Numbered from the stretch's first letter, positions 37,353 to 52,700 are shown. The stretch: 64,000 nucleotides of DNA from Azolla caroliniana (GCA_043228905.1 JBHGNT010000001.1:26660001-26724000); one strand, 5' to 3'. Numbers and translations are program-made. Notes: generated by a model from the letters alone, not told the origin.

Positions 37353-40300
37353 GGACGGACGAAACGAATGGGCGCACAAATGGACAGATGGACAAATGGA
37401 TGTATGGATGGACACAGGAGCCCCCAATGTTGCCCCTTCAATTTATGTGGAGCTCGATATTCACTGTGGCCTTCAAGCATATGTAGCCGGTCAAAAACAT
37501 GGACACAGGATGGGCTCCCCATGATAGCCCATTCAATCAATAAAAGAGGACCACAACTATGCTATGCAATATTACCAAGACCTCACATGTTGGGCAGATG
37601 AAAGTAATTGCTAGTCAAGCCTCTATAGGTTCTGCCACGAAACTCACCATGCATCCTCCATTCATCTGTCGTGTTGAATTCCATGCTCGCAAGGTGGGTG
37701 TCAGACGGATGTTGATTTTCTTGTTAGTGCAATATATCTTTATGACTTAATAACATGTGCCAATTTGAACAAGAGGGTAAGCATCCAAGCTAAGCAATCC
37801 ACTATGTCAAAATTGGGGTCGGTGAACTAATAATGAGCATCTAGGTTGCGCTGAGCATTCCAACGAGTGAGTGAACAAGAATAAATGTAGGCCAAGCCAC
37901 CTCTCAAACTCATGTTTGTAAAGTTTAAACAATAAAAAATACCTTGAACTAAGTGGCATTTCAACAAAACTAGAACGCTAGAGTCTTGATTGCACTAAAG
38001 TCTGAATTAGAGGTAAATGTGGAGCCCTCTATCAGCAATAAAAGGCATGCAACATTGCAATCTCTACAATATTTCACCTTTAATGATATGTAACTATGGT
38101 TAGTGCCCCACTCTCATCACATGCATGGGGGATCATATTTGTATGTCACCCATGAAGTTATGTGTGAGTCAAGAGTTCATTGGGTATTATGAATAAAACA
38201 ATAAAGCGATGTTATACTCATAGGAAATAACATATTGAAATGGGAATTGAAATAGTTTACAACTAGACAATTGAGTTGAAAGAAAGCATAAGCTTAATTG
38301 CTGACTTCATATGTGGGACTTGATAACAAGATTGTTGTTAAACCACGAGATCCATCATGCATGTTCAAACCAACATTGAGCAAAAATGCCAACAATATAT
38401 TCTTCATAAACACTTTGACGGTTGACCATGTCTATGACATTGGTTCATAATCCCTGATTAATATCCTCACCTAACTTATGATCATCAATGTATGTTGTAT
38501 AAAGGAATAGGCACTTGTGCAAATGGGAGACATATGGGCCATGGAAACAATCGTTGCATTGACAAAAAAGAGAATGTTCCCTTAAAATTTTAGGTCTATT
38601 CTAGGTTGGACTTTATGTCACTCCCTCTATATCCTCAATCCATAAAATTCAATGCTAACAAGATCCTTAGATCTTTGTCTACCATTGCGAGAATGCATGA
38701 CTAAACATAACCTGATCAAGATGGGAAAACATGGTGATTCCAACTATAACTTTCCCAAAATGTATAGTTGCCAAGGGCCCAAACCGAAAACAATTTTGAA
38801 TAGTAAAGGAGGATAAGGGAAAGAATTTTATAATAGACAACAAGAACATGAGCTACAATGTTAAGTCAAAGATTGGCATTGAACTGGACTAATTTGATAT
38901 ATAAAATTCAAACCTACCATACACATAGTACGTCTAGTTCTTTGCTTGTTAACTAGATGGCAATGACGGATGCCTCCCACTTGCCAATGGTGACAAGCTA
39001 CCATACAAGGTGTTAAGAGTTGAGTTGTGATCTCTTTGTCACACGTTCATGTCGGGTTCACCAAGTACAAGTCATGGTAGTTGTCTTCCACTCTAAATCA
39101 TGCATGCTTGAATGGAACCACCGGCTTTTTTACTCAAGAGATGGAGGGAAACAAAGAAAGGTGCATGTATGGATAACTTGGACAATAATTCAAAGGTTCA
39201 AGAAGTGGTAGGAGAAGAAAACAAAAGATGCATAAGATTAATTGTTACTTTGTAGAAATAGTAAGCTTGTGTTAGAGTGATCGAGTATAGGATCGATAAA
39301 AGCCTATGGAAAAGTAGATTGATCATAATATCAAATAGTAAAGAACCCGAGTAGTCAAGAATTGGTTTATTGTAATTGGTCAGAAGATTATCTACCACTT
39401 ACCTACTATCTGTACAATACAAATGTCTAAAAATTAGAGTACTAATGTGCACATGTACTAAATTGTAATATATTCTTCAACCAACATCTATTCGTTCACA
39501 TCAGTAGAGCACATCATTTTGGTATTGGTGCACACTATGTCTTGATGGCAACATAGTAACATACACCCAAATGCTCTACATGCATTTAGACGATGGTCAT
39601 GAAAGAGGAAGAAGTCCGGGAAATGGGCATCTCAAATAAAGGAGGACGATGAAGAATTCTTCTCCGATGAATTTGTGAGAGAAAAAGTGGATGAGGAAAC
39701 TATTCCAAAAGAAGGGCAAGTTTTGATAGCGAAGGAAATAGCTAAAACAAAACTAAATGTTGATATTGTGGCAAATCCATTCACATAAAGGCATATTTTT
39801 CTTCATGAAAACATGATAGAATCTATGATGGTCCACAAGAGCATAGGAGTACAACTACCATCAACTTGTGGCACGAATGTATTGGCAACATATCAACTTA
39901 CAAAAGTTGAGGTCAAGTCAATCAAGATGAGTCATGAGCGAACTTCGTAAGTGCATAGGTGGAGAGATGAGTAATCTGACAATTGGATATAATTACTCAT
40001 TTCCGTAACTTTAAAAGTGTCGTCGAGAACAAGATCGACCAAAAGATACAATTTCTATGAATTTGTGACATATCGATGATCCTACCGAGACTTCAACATT
40101 CGAGAAATATGTGTGATCATTTTGAAGAATAATTTCATAGTGAGAACCCTCCAAATTCATAATTTCCATAACGTATTTATCGTGTATCTCATAATTGATT
40201 TATGCAACCTCCAACATGCAACTAAGTATTGTTGCCCATTGTCTAAGACACTCTCAAATGTAAAATCAGACAGATGCATCAATTTTTTTTCTGAAGGGGC

Positions 40301-41817
40301 TTGATTGGATCAACATGGACCAAAATGGTGGCAACTATTTTTGTTTTTTATGGCATTAAATGACTCGACTACATTTGTTGTCCATGCAAATGATTAGTTC
40401 ATATGCATGAATTGACAATATAAACTCCGAATAATTCTTCACAAATTTACAATTTCCAAGAAACATTGCACGCCATCCATGGATTATAGTGCATGCTAGT
40501 CTAGAATTTGTTTAAACCTTCACAAGATCCATAAAGACGCCTTCTGGCGAAAACACATGTACAAGAAAATCCACTTGGTTGCAGTTTGACATTGAGGCAA
40601 TATTCATGCAACCATTGTACAACTTGACGAATATGGGCATTTGCTATTGTTGAGATTTTGAATAGATCAAGATTTTGTCAAGATTAATTATGCTAAAGAT
40701 GTCCAATCTAAGAATTATTGTTTGCATCGAAAATTAAAAATGTTTTGGATTTTGGATGGAAGGAGAGTTCTTGTCAATTTTCTTGAAACAACTACCTTTG
40801 GTGCATCACAATTCTAGGAGTGAAGTGGTGCATGAACACATGTGATGCCATACGTAAGTTGGGGGACTTGAACACGTGACCACCAAGAAAGATGATTTAT
40901 TTTTGCCATCATTTCCAAGGGTCGTTGTCGAGTTCCGAAGGGTCATCTTTCACATTGTTGGGCTAACCAATGGATTAGGGCTGTTAATCCCTAATAGCAA
41001 ATACCATGTCATACTTCAACACATAAAACCATTTACCTCTCAATTCCATCACCATGCACACACTCGAAGCCTCGAGTACGTCTTTGGTTAAACTAACATT
41101 GTCACATACTTAATCACTACTCCAATTAAGAAATATATTTGCCTTAATTGAATACGTAGTTGCTAGATAAGGAACATATGCGGTATCTTCATTAAATAGA
41201 TAATTGTTTAGCAAAAATCATATATATCTCAAATAATGAGTGTAGAACGGATACACATAGGGAAATATTTCTTTTATATAATTGGTCTATAACATATATT
41301 TTATTTTGAAAATATTACACCTAATCAATATGACACTATTTCTCTTTCTAAAAAGAAGAGATTATTTTTCGAAATGCATGAGCACCAAGATTCTCCAATT
41401 TTAGGCCATCAAACTAGGCTTTTGAAAATGTAGTAGTATATAAAAATCTCAAACAGATGCATCTAAAAAATCTCTTATAAATGAGAATGTAAAAGTTAAC
41501 TATAATTTTAGGGATTAGGTTAAAGTTCTCAAACTAGACTTCTCAAAATGAGGTAACCTATGAAAGCTCGTGGCCCATGTAACATTGTGCAAAAGGTTCC
41601 CAATTGTAGTAGATGTACTTTAGTATTTTGGTAATGAATATTATAAGTTCCTAAACAGTCCACAAGTTTTGTAGACATACATCAAAATACATTTTTCTGA
41701 TACTGATATTGCATGTAAGTCATATCAACGAGTTAAAAACCTAATTGTAATAACATTGACATTTAAAATTTAAAACTTTACCTTAGTGGTATTGATTGAA
41801 ATAAAAAAGTGTTGCTA

Positions 41818-41914
41818 TTGAACCATTTCTCAATTTGTGCATGTCATCCTTGTGTAGGGGCCATGCTAATCTTCTCTGTATCGTCCCAAATTTATCAGAT
41901 GTGCCTGAATAAAC
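41818..41914 (-). ncRNA. U6: U6 spliceosomal snRNA copy, probably a pseudogene
   Basis: The minus strand reads GTTTATTCAGGCACATCTGATAAATTTGGGACGATACAGAGAAGATTAGCATGGCCCCTACACAAGGATGACATGCACAAATTGAGAAATGGTTCAA. It is colinear with plant U6, including the ACAGAGA box and AGC triad, and carries several CpG-type transitions. Confidence 0.9.
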
Positions 41915-44584
41915 AAAATATTGTTTCTATTGATACATGTTGATGTGTGCACTACATTGATGCGCCCTAGTACTCATCAAAAGGGCATGAGACTACTTAG
42001 GAATTTAGCATAAATTACATAATAAATGGTAAACAATATGGAAAATATAGCCTAAACGTCATTTTATGATCTCAATCAAAGTATTTAATGCTCATAGTTT
42101 CCTTTCATTATCTTTCATTATTCAAATGAGCATTAAGGATATCAAAATTGAGAAGGCCTTCAATGCATGCCAACGCAACCAATCCAAACAAAGTTTCTAA
42201 TATGATTGTGAGGAGGAAAAGAAAAAGAGAAAAGACACATCTTGTATCATCAAAGACCAAAAAAACAAATTTCAATTGGTTATTCACTTGGAATGCAAGA
42301 AACAAGCTCATGCATTAATAATGGTAAGCCATTTTTTGATGTTAAATTGATTGAAAAAGAGGCAAATGGACACCAACCTTCAAATGCATCGAATGCATGT
42401 TGAAATAATTCAATTGGCGTAAACCTTGTGATCAAAGGGAAGTCACAAATTTTCAATAAAATGAAGCTTTTCATTCAATCTTAAAAATGTAAAAGGAATG
42501 ATATTTAGTGAAGTGATCAAATCCTTTTTTTTTTTTATCTAGGAGAATGTTTTCCTTGGCTTGGTGAACATACAAACACAATACATGGAAGGGAACTCAA
42601 TTTCAAGACTCATCATTTTGAAGAAGTTTGTTGTATTTGACAATTTCAACTAAAATTCGTCTTACTCTAGGATTTCAAAGGAAGAGAGAAAGCTCTTAGT
42701 TCTTGAGGATGACTTGCATAAACTATGGGCATCGCCAACCAAGAAATCACATGAAAGAATGGATTAAGGATGCTTAACCACCATCCATTCCACAAACAAA
42801 TGAGGAGAGACTAACTCAAAACCACATCAATGTTTCATATAACATTTTTTTTAATGGAAAAATTCTCATAGCCTATAAAGATTCACCTTGGTATTAATGG
42901 AAAAATGCTCAAGGGCTACAAAGAACTCATGCATGAAAACACAACCATCATATCCACATCAACCAGCATGTCGAATAGGAAAAGCCCTCACGCAACTACC
43001 CGCACACAACTTTCAATTAAGGCCTTACGTTATACAACTTAGAAGTCAACCAATTGACAAATCCAAAGTACAAGAGCTTTGTCTCCTTGATAGATTATGA
43101 ACGTCTTTCAATGTCATATTAAGGGGGATATTAGTGCCCTTTATATAATTAACTCCTAAAGACTGCCAAACACCATGTCTTCCACGTGTCCATGGTCCTT
43201 ATGGGTTTAAGAACATGGAACATTGGTTTCCCATTTTCAAAATGTTTCACTCTTGCAAAGACAAATCAATCATTAGACTTAAGAACAAATTACAAACACA
43301 AAACCCCATTAACTCCCAATTCCAACAATATATGGCAATATGTTAACCTTGGAAGTTCGCCAATTGACATATCTGAAATACAAGAGGATGTGTTTGACCA
43401 ACAAAATGTAAATGTCATTGAATGTCATGTTGAAAGGGGTTGGTCAATGTGGGTATTAGGTAAAGACCCCACACACAACTTATAGGAGTAAAATAAAAGA
43501 CATGCTTTGGATGCACACACTCGGTTATAAAGGAAATCCAAAAAGAAGAAGGCACGACACTTGAGAAAGAGCAAGAGGTCAAAAGAGAAATTTGATTAGA
43601 TGGATGGGATGGAACTTGTGGATAAGAGAGACCAAACATCTATCGGGCATGTACGGAGTGTTCTAACCGATTGGAGGTAGGGGTGATGAGAGAATCATAA
43701 TGGTAGGAGTTGGGTGGGGGGCCATGAATTAGCAACGGGGCTTCGCTCCAAGACGATTGAAAAAAGCAAAGTTTGAGTTGAGTTGATCAAGCATGAGGGA
43801 GCCACATGGGTCGAAAGCAAACCTGAAGCCAAGCCTATAAAGTCGATCTTACGCTTGGGCTACAGTCGAGCCACAAGCTTATTCGACTCAGGAGATGGCA
43901 ATCAGCAAGGAGGAATGGGTGAGGGGAATGGTGGGCATGTTAGGAAGGAGGCGAAAAGGTCGAGGTACTTTGAGTCAGAATTGAAGGTTGAGGCCAGATA
44001 TGGAGCCGTAGTTAGGTTAGGTTCGGTTCGGTTCAGGTTTCAAAATTTATAAACGGAACCAGATCGGTTTTGGCCCTCTTGAACCGAACCGTTGTCGATT
44101 GTTAGCGGAGCCGTGGCTCGAGGCTGGGAAGGGATTGGTCGATTTTCAATTTGCAAATCACATAGGATGGTACAAGAGTGAGCGAGTGTGTATCGGTTTC
44201 AAAATGTGTCTTCCGTCTATTTGTAGACACATCAACGAAGCTCTCTCTTGAGTCTCTATATACCTATAGGCTATATCTATCTATCTCTATACATATCTAT
44301 AATGCATCAATATATCTATCTCTATACATATGTATATAAATGTATGTATCTATGTCTATCTATATCTATATCTACATATATGTATGGCTGTCTATCTATT
44401 AGCTATAGCTTACCTTTATCTGGTAAGAAACCGCTAAACCCACAATCTGAGGATTCTGGACTGTCACTAACAGACACTCAGTCACCTGTCACACATATAA
44501 ATATGTACATATGTATGTATGTATACATAATACATATATACATATACATATCTGTGCCTGTACATATATATGAAAGCGTCAGAA

Positions 44585-44671
44585 ATGATGGGTGCCTTCT
44601 CACGCTTCTCTTCAGCAAAATCCTCCTCTCATGATCACCAGGTACCTCTCCTCTCTCTATCCCTCTCATTC

Positions 44672-44706
<35 letters not shown>

Positions 44707-46354
44707 TGGTTCGCCATTAGAGAGATATTAAAGAAATTTGAAAGTTATAATTTACCCAATAGTGATTGCTAACTGCGGGGAGAGTTCCATGTTATGCACT
44801 CTGAAACAAAAACAAAGGAACTCCAGGATTCTTTTAAAAGAGACATTGCCAATCATGTTAAAAAATGCATGTGGTGGAATGATCTTGGAGATGATTTCAC
44901 AGGCTTGAAATGCACGAGTAATCTGAAACAAAAATAAAGGAACTCCAGGATTCTTTTAAAAGAGACATTGCCAATCATGTTAAAAAATGCATGTGGTGGA
45001 ATGATCTTGGAGATGATTTCACAGGCTTGAAATGCACGAGTAATCTGTATGGTTTGACTAGCGGTGCAGGGGGCAGTGCAATGATCTCCATGATCCAGGT
45101 GTTGCCCCTCGTCTATAGACAGTTACACACACCACATTCATCACTGTCAAAGAAAGTTCAGGCATGATATTGTTACTTAGCTCAGTCCTGATGCTTAGCT
45201 TGTTTTGTGAAACAGAGGAAAATTGTTACTTCTATAACCATACGAAGACAATGATATTGCCTAAATCAAAGTTTTCTCACTAGAGTTGGTTATTAGCCCT
45301 TCCTCTTTCTAAAGAGGCAGTCTGCTGTTTTCTGAAGCCTAATTTGAAATATTATTGTAAAGTATATGTTTCCAGATGCAAGTATAGTTGTGCAACATAA
45401 CTTCCTTTTTATTTTATTTATAAGATCAGTTGATATTTTAGAGCTCTTGTTTTTGATGTTTGTAAATTGTTGACAGTTTTGTCCATCCCTTCTAACAGAA
45501 AATTCCTTAGCTATTGTGATTGGTATTTTATAGTTTTCCCAAGCCCTTGGGAATGTCAACTGTGACATGTTTACTTAGATTTAATCTTTTTACTCCATGA
45601 TTTGCAGAATCCAAAAGATGAACCAAGAGATGCAGATAAATTTTTGTTTGAGAACGGAGTTGAACTTGTGGAAGGGTTTGCTCCAATCGAATACCCCATG
45701 GAGCCAGTAGAGAGTGACCAACCTGTTCAGTGTCCACAACCAGAGCCATGCATCATTCATGTAAGCAACTATTTTATTTATTTTTCTGTGAGAAAATATC
45801 AGTCTATTAGTTAAGCAAAAACCTTCATCCACTTTGATGGCCTCTCATCACATATAGATTAAGCATTTGCATCTGCTGCTTGTGCTCACCTAATATATTA
45901 GTTTTCAACACATGTGTCAACCAACACACGTAGAAAAATCTAGTATGCCCAACAATGATCCTAATGATTCATTGCGTATAAAATAATCAATATATTGAAG
46001 AAACTCATACAGCTAAGAGATTCTTTCATCTACAAGAATCATAGTAAATAGGTTGAGGATTATGTACAATTCGAAAAGCAAAACTTTATGTCAAAGAGAT
46101 ATAATTTATATTATCATCATGTGTTTTGATCTTGATCCATGTTCATCGCACTTGTCAACTACTTGTGTGTGGGTATGCAGGATGGCCTTGTGTGGAAGGA
46201 AAAACACCACCAAACTAAAAATGAACAAGGATTGCGTTACTTGCGGCAAAATCTGATATATGAGATGCAATCCAAACAGTGCATGGTGCCACACATGCCT
46301 CTTTCACCTCCTCCAAAATTTCCACAAAAAGGAAATACGAACAGTTCTCAATGA
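44585..46354 (+). CDS. Small uncharacterised plant protein (about 127 aa)
   Basis: Three phase-0 exons, 44585-44641, 45608-45760 and 46181-46354, with GT-AG introns: MMGAFSRFSSAKSSSHDHQ-NPKDEP...FAPIEYPMEPVESDQPVQCPQPEPCIIH-DGLVWKEK... The core resembles a recalled plant motif, F.PVEHP.EP.DED.PV.CP.P...I.NDGRIWKE. Confidence 0.8.
44800..45047. repeat. Near-perfect tandem duplication, 2 x 122 bp, intronic
   Basis: TCTGAAACAAAAA(C/T)AAAGGAACTCCAGG...GAAATGCACGAGTAA starts at 44800 and 44922. Confidence 0.95.
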
Positions 46355-46419
46355 CCTTTAAAGGTGAAGGCATTCTCGTATTATATATATAGAAAGAAAA
46401 ACACATCAATATTTCGAGA

Positions 46420-46530
46420 AGACAAAAATGTCTTATGAGACATGAAAAATATTACGAATGTTTACATGAATTCAATAGACCAAAATGTCTTATGAGACAT
46501 AAAAAATATTACAAATGTTTATATGAACTT
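46420..46530. repeat. Tandem duplication, about 57-bp period, in the 3' region of the small gene
   Basis: AGAC.AAAATGTCTTATGAGACAT.AAAAATATTAC.AATGTTTA.ATGAA occurs twice. Confidence 0.85.
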
Positions 46531-49500
46531 AAAATGCAAGTAACAAAAGCAAATTTTCATTCTATGTGAGCTTTCTAGAATTAATTGTCTTGAAATGTAA
46601 ACATGAATAACCCTGAAATTGTTTCCCTTTGAAAAATATGTGTTGAACCATGGAAATGTTGGTGGGACTAGAAAGGGCATCTCTGATGCTGTGTGATCAT
46701 AGCTTTGATCTTATGAAGATATGCACATTGGGGCTGTGGTCTTAGGCAATAGCATCAGTGACATCCAACGTAATGCCTCTGCTTGTCATCACTTCTTCCG
46801 AGTCCTGATTCCCCTCTTGTAGTATCAATGCCAAAGAAATTGATCACAATTCAATGCCGAGAAGAATCAAGGTTGGCCTCTCCCTTAAGAGACCCTTTGG
46901 ATGTCTCATTTATCTCTAGGATGAAGATCACGAAACATCTTGAGTTCTCCATCACTCAATGCTGAGAAGAATCCTACTCCAATGAGACAGTGACATCTTC
47001 CCTCAATCTCATAATAAATTGGGCAATGACATGATAATGTCCTCTAAAGTTGTGTGCATATTTAGGATGAGATGGTGCCCCCTCCTGGCCTATGCTCTAA
47101 ATGCTATATGTTGGTATCCATATCTTTGTCTGAACAATGAAAAAACCATTTATAGAAATCCATGTATAGCTTTTCTTAGGTATTCCCATATTAAATCACA
47201 GTGAAAATTTGCCTCTGTAACTGTTGAGGCTCAGCTGCTACATACAACAGGGGGTGTGACAAACCGAGCAAAGTACATTAATTCTCAAGTGGGTGTGTGA
47301 AAAATATATTGAAACACACTAACTTGGTGAGCTGATCATGGAACTGTACATTTGCACATTAATTCTCAAGTGTTCCCAAAGCTGCATAGCTTCTACAAAG
47401 TCTGGTTATGGATGCATCTTTCAAGTAGAAACGGGGAATGAGACTCCCAAATGTGGCTGCCCAGTATATAGAATCTGATGATATAACCTATTCACATTTG
47501 TCCAAGTTGTGCCAAACATCATAATCTTGCAGTTGTTGCATGAGCTAAGCGTTTGAGGCTGTATGTCATTGTACCCTCATCAACAAGAGCTTGTTATTTT
47601 ACACTTCTAAACCCTCCTAGAAGTTGGTTGTCATTTTACCATGTGTCCACGTTTCTCTGCCCCTTCATTCAACTTGGACTCTAAAATTGATGCATACAAC
47701 AAATAATCAAATGAAATGTCATTAACTTCTGCAAAATGACCTGTGAGACCACAGTTTATTCATCATATGATGTGATACCAATGTTAGATTAATTGCTAGA
47801 GAAAAGAAAAGTAGTACTACAAATTCTATGCCGAGGGACATTGAGTGTCTTTTAGTTTGACCAAGTTTGCTATGAGCTCAAATTTAAAGCTTGATCATTG
47901 TTTACCGATACCTTTGTCACGAGTCTGATTCCATCATTGAGGGCATGGGTTATAAAATATGAATTTGTTGCACTCAGAGTTGGGCAAGATTTAGTTAGAA
48001 ATCAACTATGATTTCATTTCATTAAGCTTGATCATTTCTGAATCACACAAGTATGCTTGTAATGCTTTCTTTCTTCCATTAATTAAATGAGGATGACATG
48101 GCATTTTTTAAAGCTATGTTTGTTCTAATGAGATTTGTAATACTTTCTTGTTTACATTAGGTTTGATGAAGTTTTGACATTTGTTCAGTGATATATTTGA
48201 ATCTTCTAATGAGTTCCCATGTGAACTTCGATATTTAATTTATTTTTTTGGAAATGGGTAACAATTGCTTTATATATTCAGCATTTCTCTTAGATTTTGG
48301 GAAATGAGTCTACTGAGATATGTTTGGGTCTCCAAATAAAATTATTTCGGATTGTACTAAATATGAGCAAATGAATTAGAGATTAAGGAGAATAGTAGAT
48401 TATGCTTAACCGCAAGAACCACCCCAAAATTATCGATATGAGACAAACATAAAATGCCATTGGTGTGCAATACCACAGAATATTGCTTTATGGTTAAACC
48501 TTGGATGTTGAATCATGAATCTGAAGAAAACATGTTAGCATTTACCAATAGAGTCTTGACATTGTCTCAAGATGCCAACATAGAGGAGCTAGCTTTTTTA
48601 AAACAGCTGAACACCTAAGGTTCCTACACCATCAACATATAGGAGGTAGTTTCATTTTTTAAACAGCTAAACACCCAAGCCTCCAACACCACTACGTGTT
48701 CACATCATATGGGTTTTGTCCAAGCTCTTAGGATTATTGGTTTCTTGACTACCCTACTCTAAACCCATTAAAATTAACCATAGAATTGGTTAATAATACC
48801 AATGAACTTTGTACTTGTTTTAGTTTTTCTGCTAGCGGATACAATTGCTTCTTCAATTCAATAAACAGTAAGAAGGTTTCTTCTCTCTTTAGGATGGTAC
48901 AAGATAGTCTAAAGCTATGGTTGGAATGCCAAAGCATAAAATGTTGATTTACACATGGTGTTTATAATTATATTATTTCATGCTTGTGATTAATCATTTT
49001 AATCAATGTTAGGATCAGTTTTTATTTATCGTAGCAGCAGACCATGATTTCTATTAATGATTTGATGCGATCTATTTAAATACTTCTTTATAACACCCAC
49101 AGCAATATAAATTGGTATACATGATGATGCCTTCACAAATATACATTAACCCGTCATGACATCCATCAGCATTATGAGGGCTGATAGTAACAATTCCAAT
49201 ATTTACCAGGGGCAGTTGATAACCCAGGGGTATTTTAGTGTTTGCATCTGATCTTTTCATATTGTAGTGTGGTTAGGTATGGTCTGGTCTGGTCTCAATT
49301 ACCAAGCCAATGAGAGGATATCATGTCAACCACAGCTTGGAAACATCAACTTCATTACGTTGAAATAGAAAGCTAGCCAAAGCACGATTCTTCTATCAAT
49401 GATTTGAAGCAAAAGCATTGAATCATTAACTTGAATTGAATGGACAATAGTTAGTTATATGCTACAGTAGTATGAGTAGAGGCCAAACAAGCCACAAATT

Positions 49501-49708
49501 ATGATTGGATACAGGACCTCGAGATACTGTTAGGATGTTAGAACTAGATAAAAAAACAATTCTACAACCAGTGTCAGACAAATGGTTACTATCATTGGTT
49601 CACATGTCACAACTATGGTTGGAGGATCATTGATACAGAATTTCAATCCAGCATTGCACCCTGCATAAAGAATGGTCAGAAATCATTGTATTGTTAAGGA
49701 GAAACTGA

Positions 49709-52700
49709 CTAGCTCTGAAGCATCGTAAGATTGTTTGTTCCTGTCTGTGTGACCATAGTCCAATAACGAGCACATGAAGGGTTTATATGAACAGCTTTCC
49801 GAAACCAAATCCTTGGACTCTGAGTATCCAATAATTGTGTAGGATTGAAGTTGCTCATTGCAGATATTTTAGCCAGCAAACCCATTTGAAAATAAAGCTC
49901 AGCAGGTGTAAACTCTGCCAAAACCCATGTTTTATGAGTCCAAACTAAAGTAAATACAAGTGAAAACACGTAATATCCTATGCTTAGGAAAATTACCAGA
50001 ATAACATAAGTTCAAAACAAGCAGAAGACTCATGCGACTGGTAAATTTTGTACTAACAGTTTTCTGTTAAATATCAATGGTTAGACAGATTTCACCTTGC
50101 ATACAAATATTCCCGTGATAAACTTACCCTGAGGCCAGAGGGACCACTCTGTACGAATGAGTCGCTCCCATCCTGGTGTGCCTGCCTTAGCAGGCTGCAC
50201 TTGTGCAAGTAGAAGGCAAGCTATTGGCAACTTACATACAGCATCAGATGCGATTCTCATCAGCCTTCGACTGCCAAATGAAAGATTTCCATTGCACCCA
50301 CTTTTTACCAGTTCAATACAGATAGCACCTACATATTCACAAGAAAAGAATGGGTCCTACTAAGCATTCCAGTTTATAAACATAATAAGACCTAAATAAA
50401 CATAACCACTTATCATCAAGTTTGCATATTGTCAATTTACCATGGAAAAGGTGAAGGGCAGCCATTTCTGGGCACAATGTTACTTTCTCTGCATTCAATG
50501 CTTTCTCTGCCAAACTAAAGTTACCATCCTGAATATATTTCTCTGCTTTTTTCCATTCCAAGAGAGCATCTGGGATATGCCGGTATTTTGGCATTTCTAT
50601 GTGAGACATAAAAGACTTTGTATCGTCTTTTCGAAAGGTAGACAAAATATTCAATATACACACCCAGATTGGCCAATCCAGGGTATTAAGATCACAAATT
50701 CTCGTTAAGGCTTCATTTAGCAAATCTTTGTTTTGATTGACAGCATGGCACCGCACAAGCTGCAAGTGAGGCAACAGACAAAGATCTGCTGGAAGCCTAA
50801 GAGAAATAGCTGCAGTTGCTGTTTCTACAGCTAGTTCACCTCTTCCTGAACGAAGTGCAACTTCTGAGCAACATAACATGAGCTGTAATCGCATGTACTC
50901 CTGGATTTCTCCAGTTGTACTACCATTTAGCATCATTCTTGACAAGACTATTTCTGCCATGCGCTGAAGCATCAGGCAAGTATTGACAGGAAATTTTTGT
51001 TCCTGTGCTTGTTGCATCAAATTGAGAACAAGCTGATAGTGCGTCATCAAGTTCCAAGGTTCCAAATGCAACCAACTGTAAAAACGTACAATGTAAACTG
51101 CTGCAAGAAATATTATTTTTCGTGTCAAAGGAATTAATGTATAGAATATACTACATACTGTTGCAACTCCCGGATACACGAATAAGTTGAAGACTTGCAT
51201 GATGAGAAAGAACACTGAGGCTTAATGCCGCCACATACACTGCATGCAAGGGCTGTGGCGCCACATATCTGGGGGAAACCATTTATATCACTGGCCTTAT
51301 GCAGATTTGAGAAGTTGGCTAATGAGCAACATCTGGTTGCTAAACCAATTTCAAAACCATGGCTTCTATCAAGCAATATTTGCATTAGTTTCATCCTGGA
51401 AGAGAAGAAGACACGCAGAACATTACCCATTTAAAAACAAAACATGATTTATTACACATTCCCCTAAACTGATGCATTAATTCAGTGTAGACACCTTGCT
51501 AGAAGACTTTGAGGATACATATGTATTGTTTTCTGAAGGAGCAGGATACTATCTCTGAAATCAATGTTGGACTGAACATCTTTAGAGAGCTGTAAGTACA
51601 AAAATATGAACTCACTGTATCGCTATGTTAAAACACTAATATAATTACACAGATTTATTTCTAACCTCTATGCTTGCAACAGCAAGACAAACAAACTCAA
51701 CAGCTTGGTCATGAGAGAACCACACACTGCCTTCAGACATGATGCACAATAGAATATCATGCCTCCCTGCTGCACTTGCAATGGCCCATGCAGTACGAGC
51801 TAAACCTGTCACAGAATGCATATCTATACCACCACCATATAATTCTTCCAATGAAGTTGCAGGTCCTCTCATAAAGTAGGTAAATTTGGCAAGAAGTTGA
51901 ATAGCTGCAGAGTGTTCCATTGATGTCTTCACTGCTACCTCCATTGACCTCTTCAATATTACCATAGCTTGTTTTTGTTTTCCTTGTTGCCAAAGTGCAG
52001 TAGCATAACCACGCAAAATGCTGCTGTCTTCAATGTTACCTATGTACACAATATGGACAATGTTTCACTTAGTATAATTGAAACACCAACTGATGAACTC
52101 CTAAGAAGGCCTAATTGATTATTTTAAATTTTACAAAATTTGTGGCCAAACTGTTTTTAGCACCAAAATATGTCCTCTCACATCAGCTCATGGTTAGAAA
52201 GGATCATTTTAAGTGCAGATTTTGTCCTCTACTTTTGCTTCAGCTGATTAGATTTCCCACAATTCCCCATTTAGAAAAGGATACCCAGCTATATTAAATA
52301 GAGGGCCACAAGAATCATGATGTTCCATTTTCGAACTTCAAGAATTTTTTTCGACTAAATTTCCCATTTTGTCTTAACCATTGTGTTTGTTTTTCCACTA
52401 ATTTTCCCATTTTATGAATATTCAAACCATGGTAAATTATATGCCATGAGACATGGAAGGATTTGTGACAGGAAGTCAGAGACCATGATGATCTGCAATG
52501 ACAAATTACTAGATTTCATACGCTTTTGACAATGATGGTATGACTAGGAAGCTGTTGGGAAACCACCCAACTACGTGAAGTGGAACGAATTCATCCAGTT
52601 TTTTCACAAATTTATGAAGTGGTACACTAAAAAACTTGCCAGTCACACTGCATGTGATCAAGTGACAGCTATAAAAAAAATGAAGGGGAAAAATACAGTA

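Noticed and set aside
37750-43700. Gene-poor region with scattered short ORFs, possibly decayed DNA transposons
   Set aside because: Apart from the U6 copy, no motif, TIR or TSD could be supported by eye.
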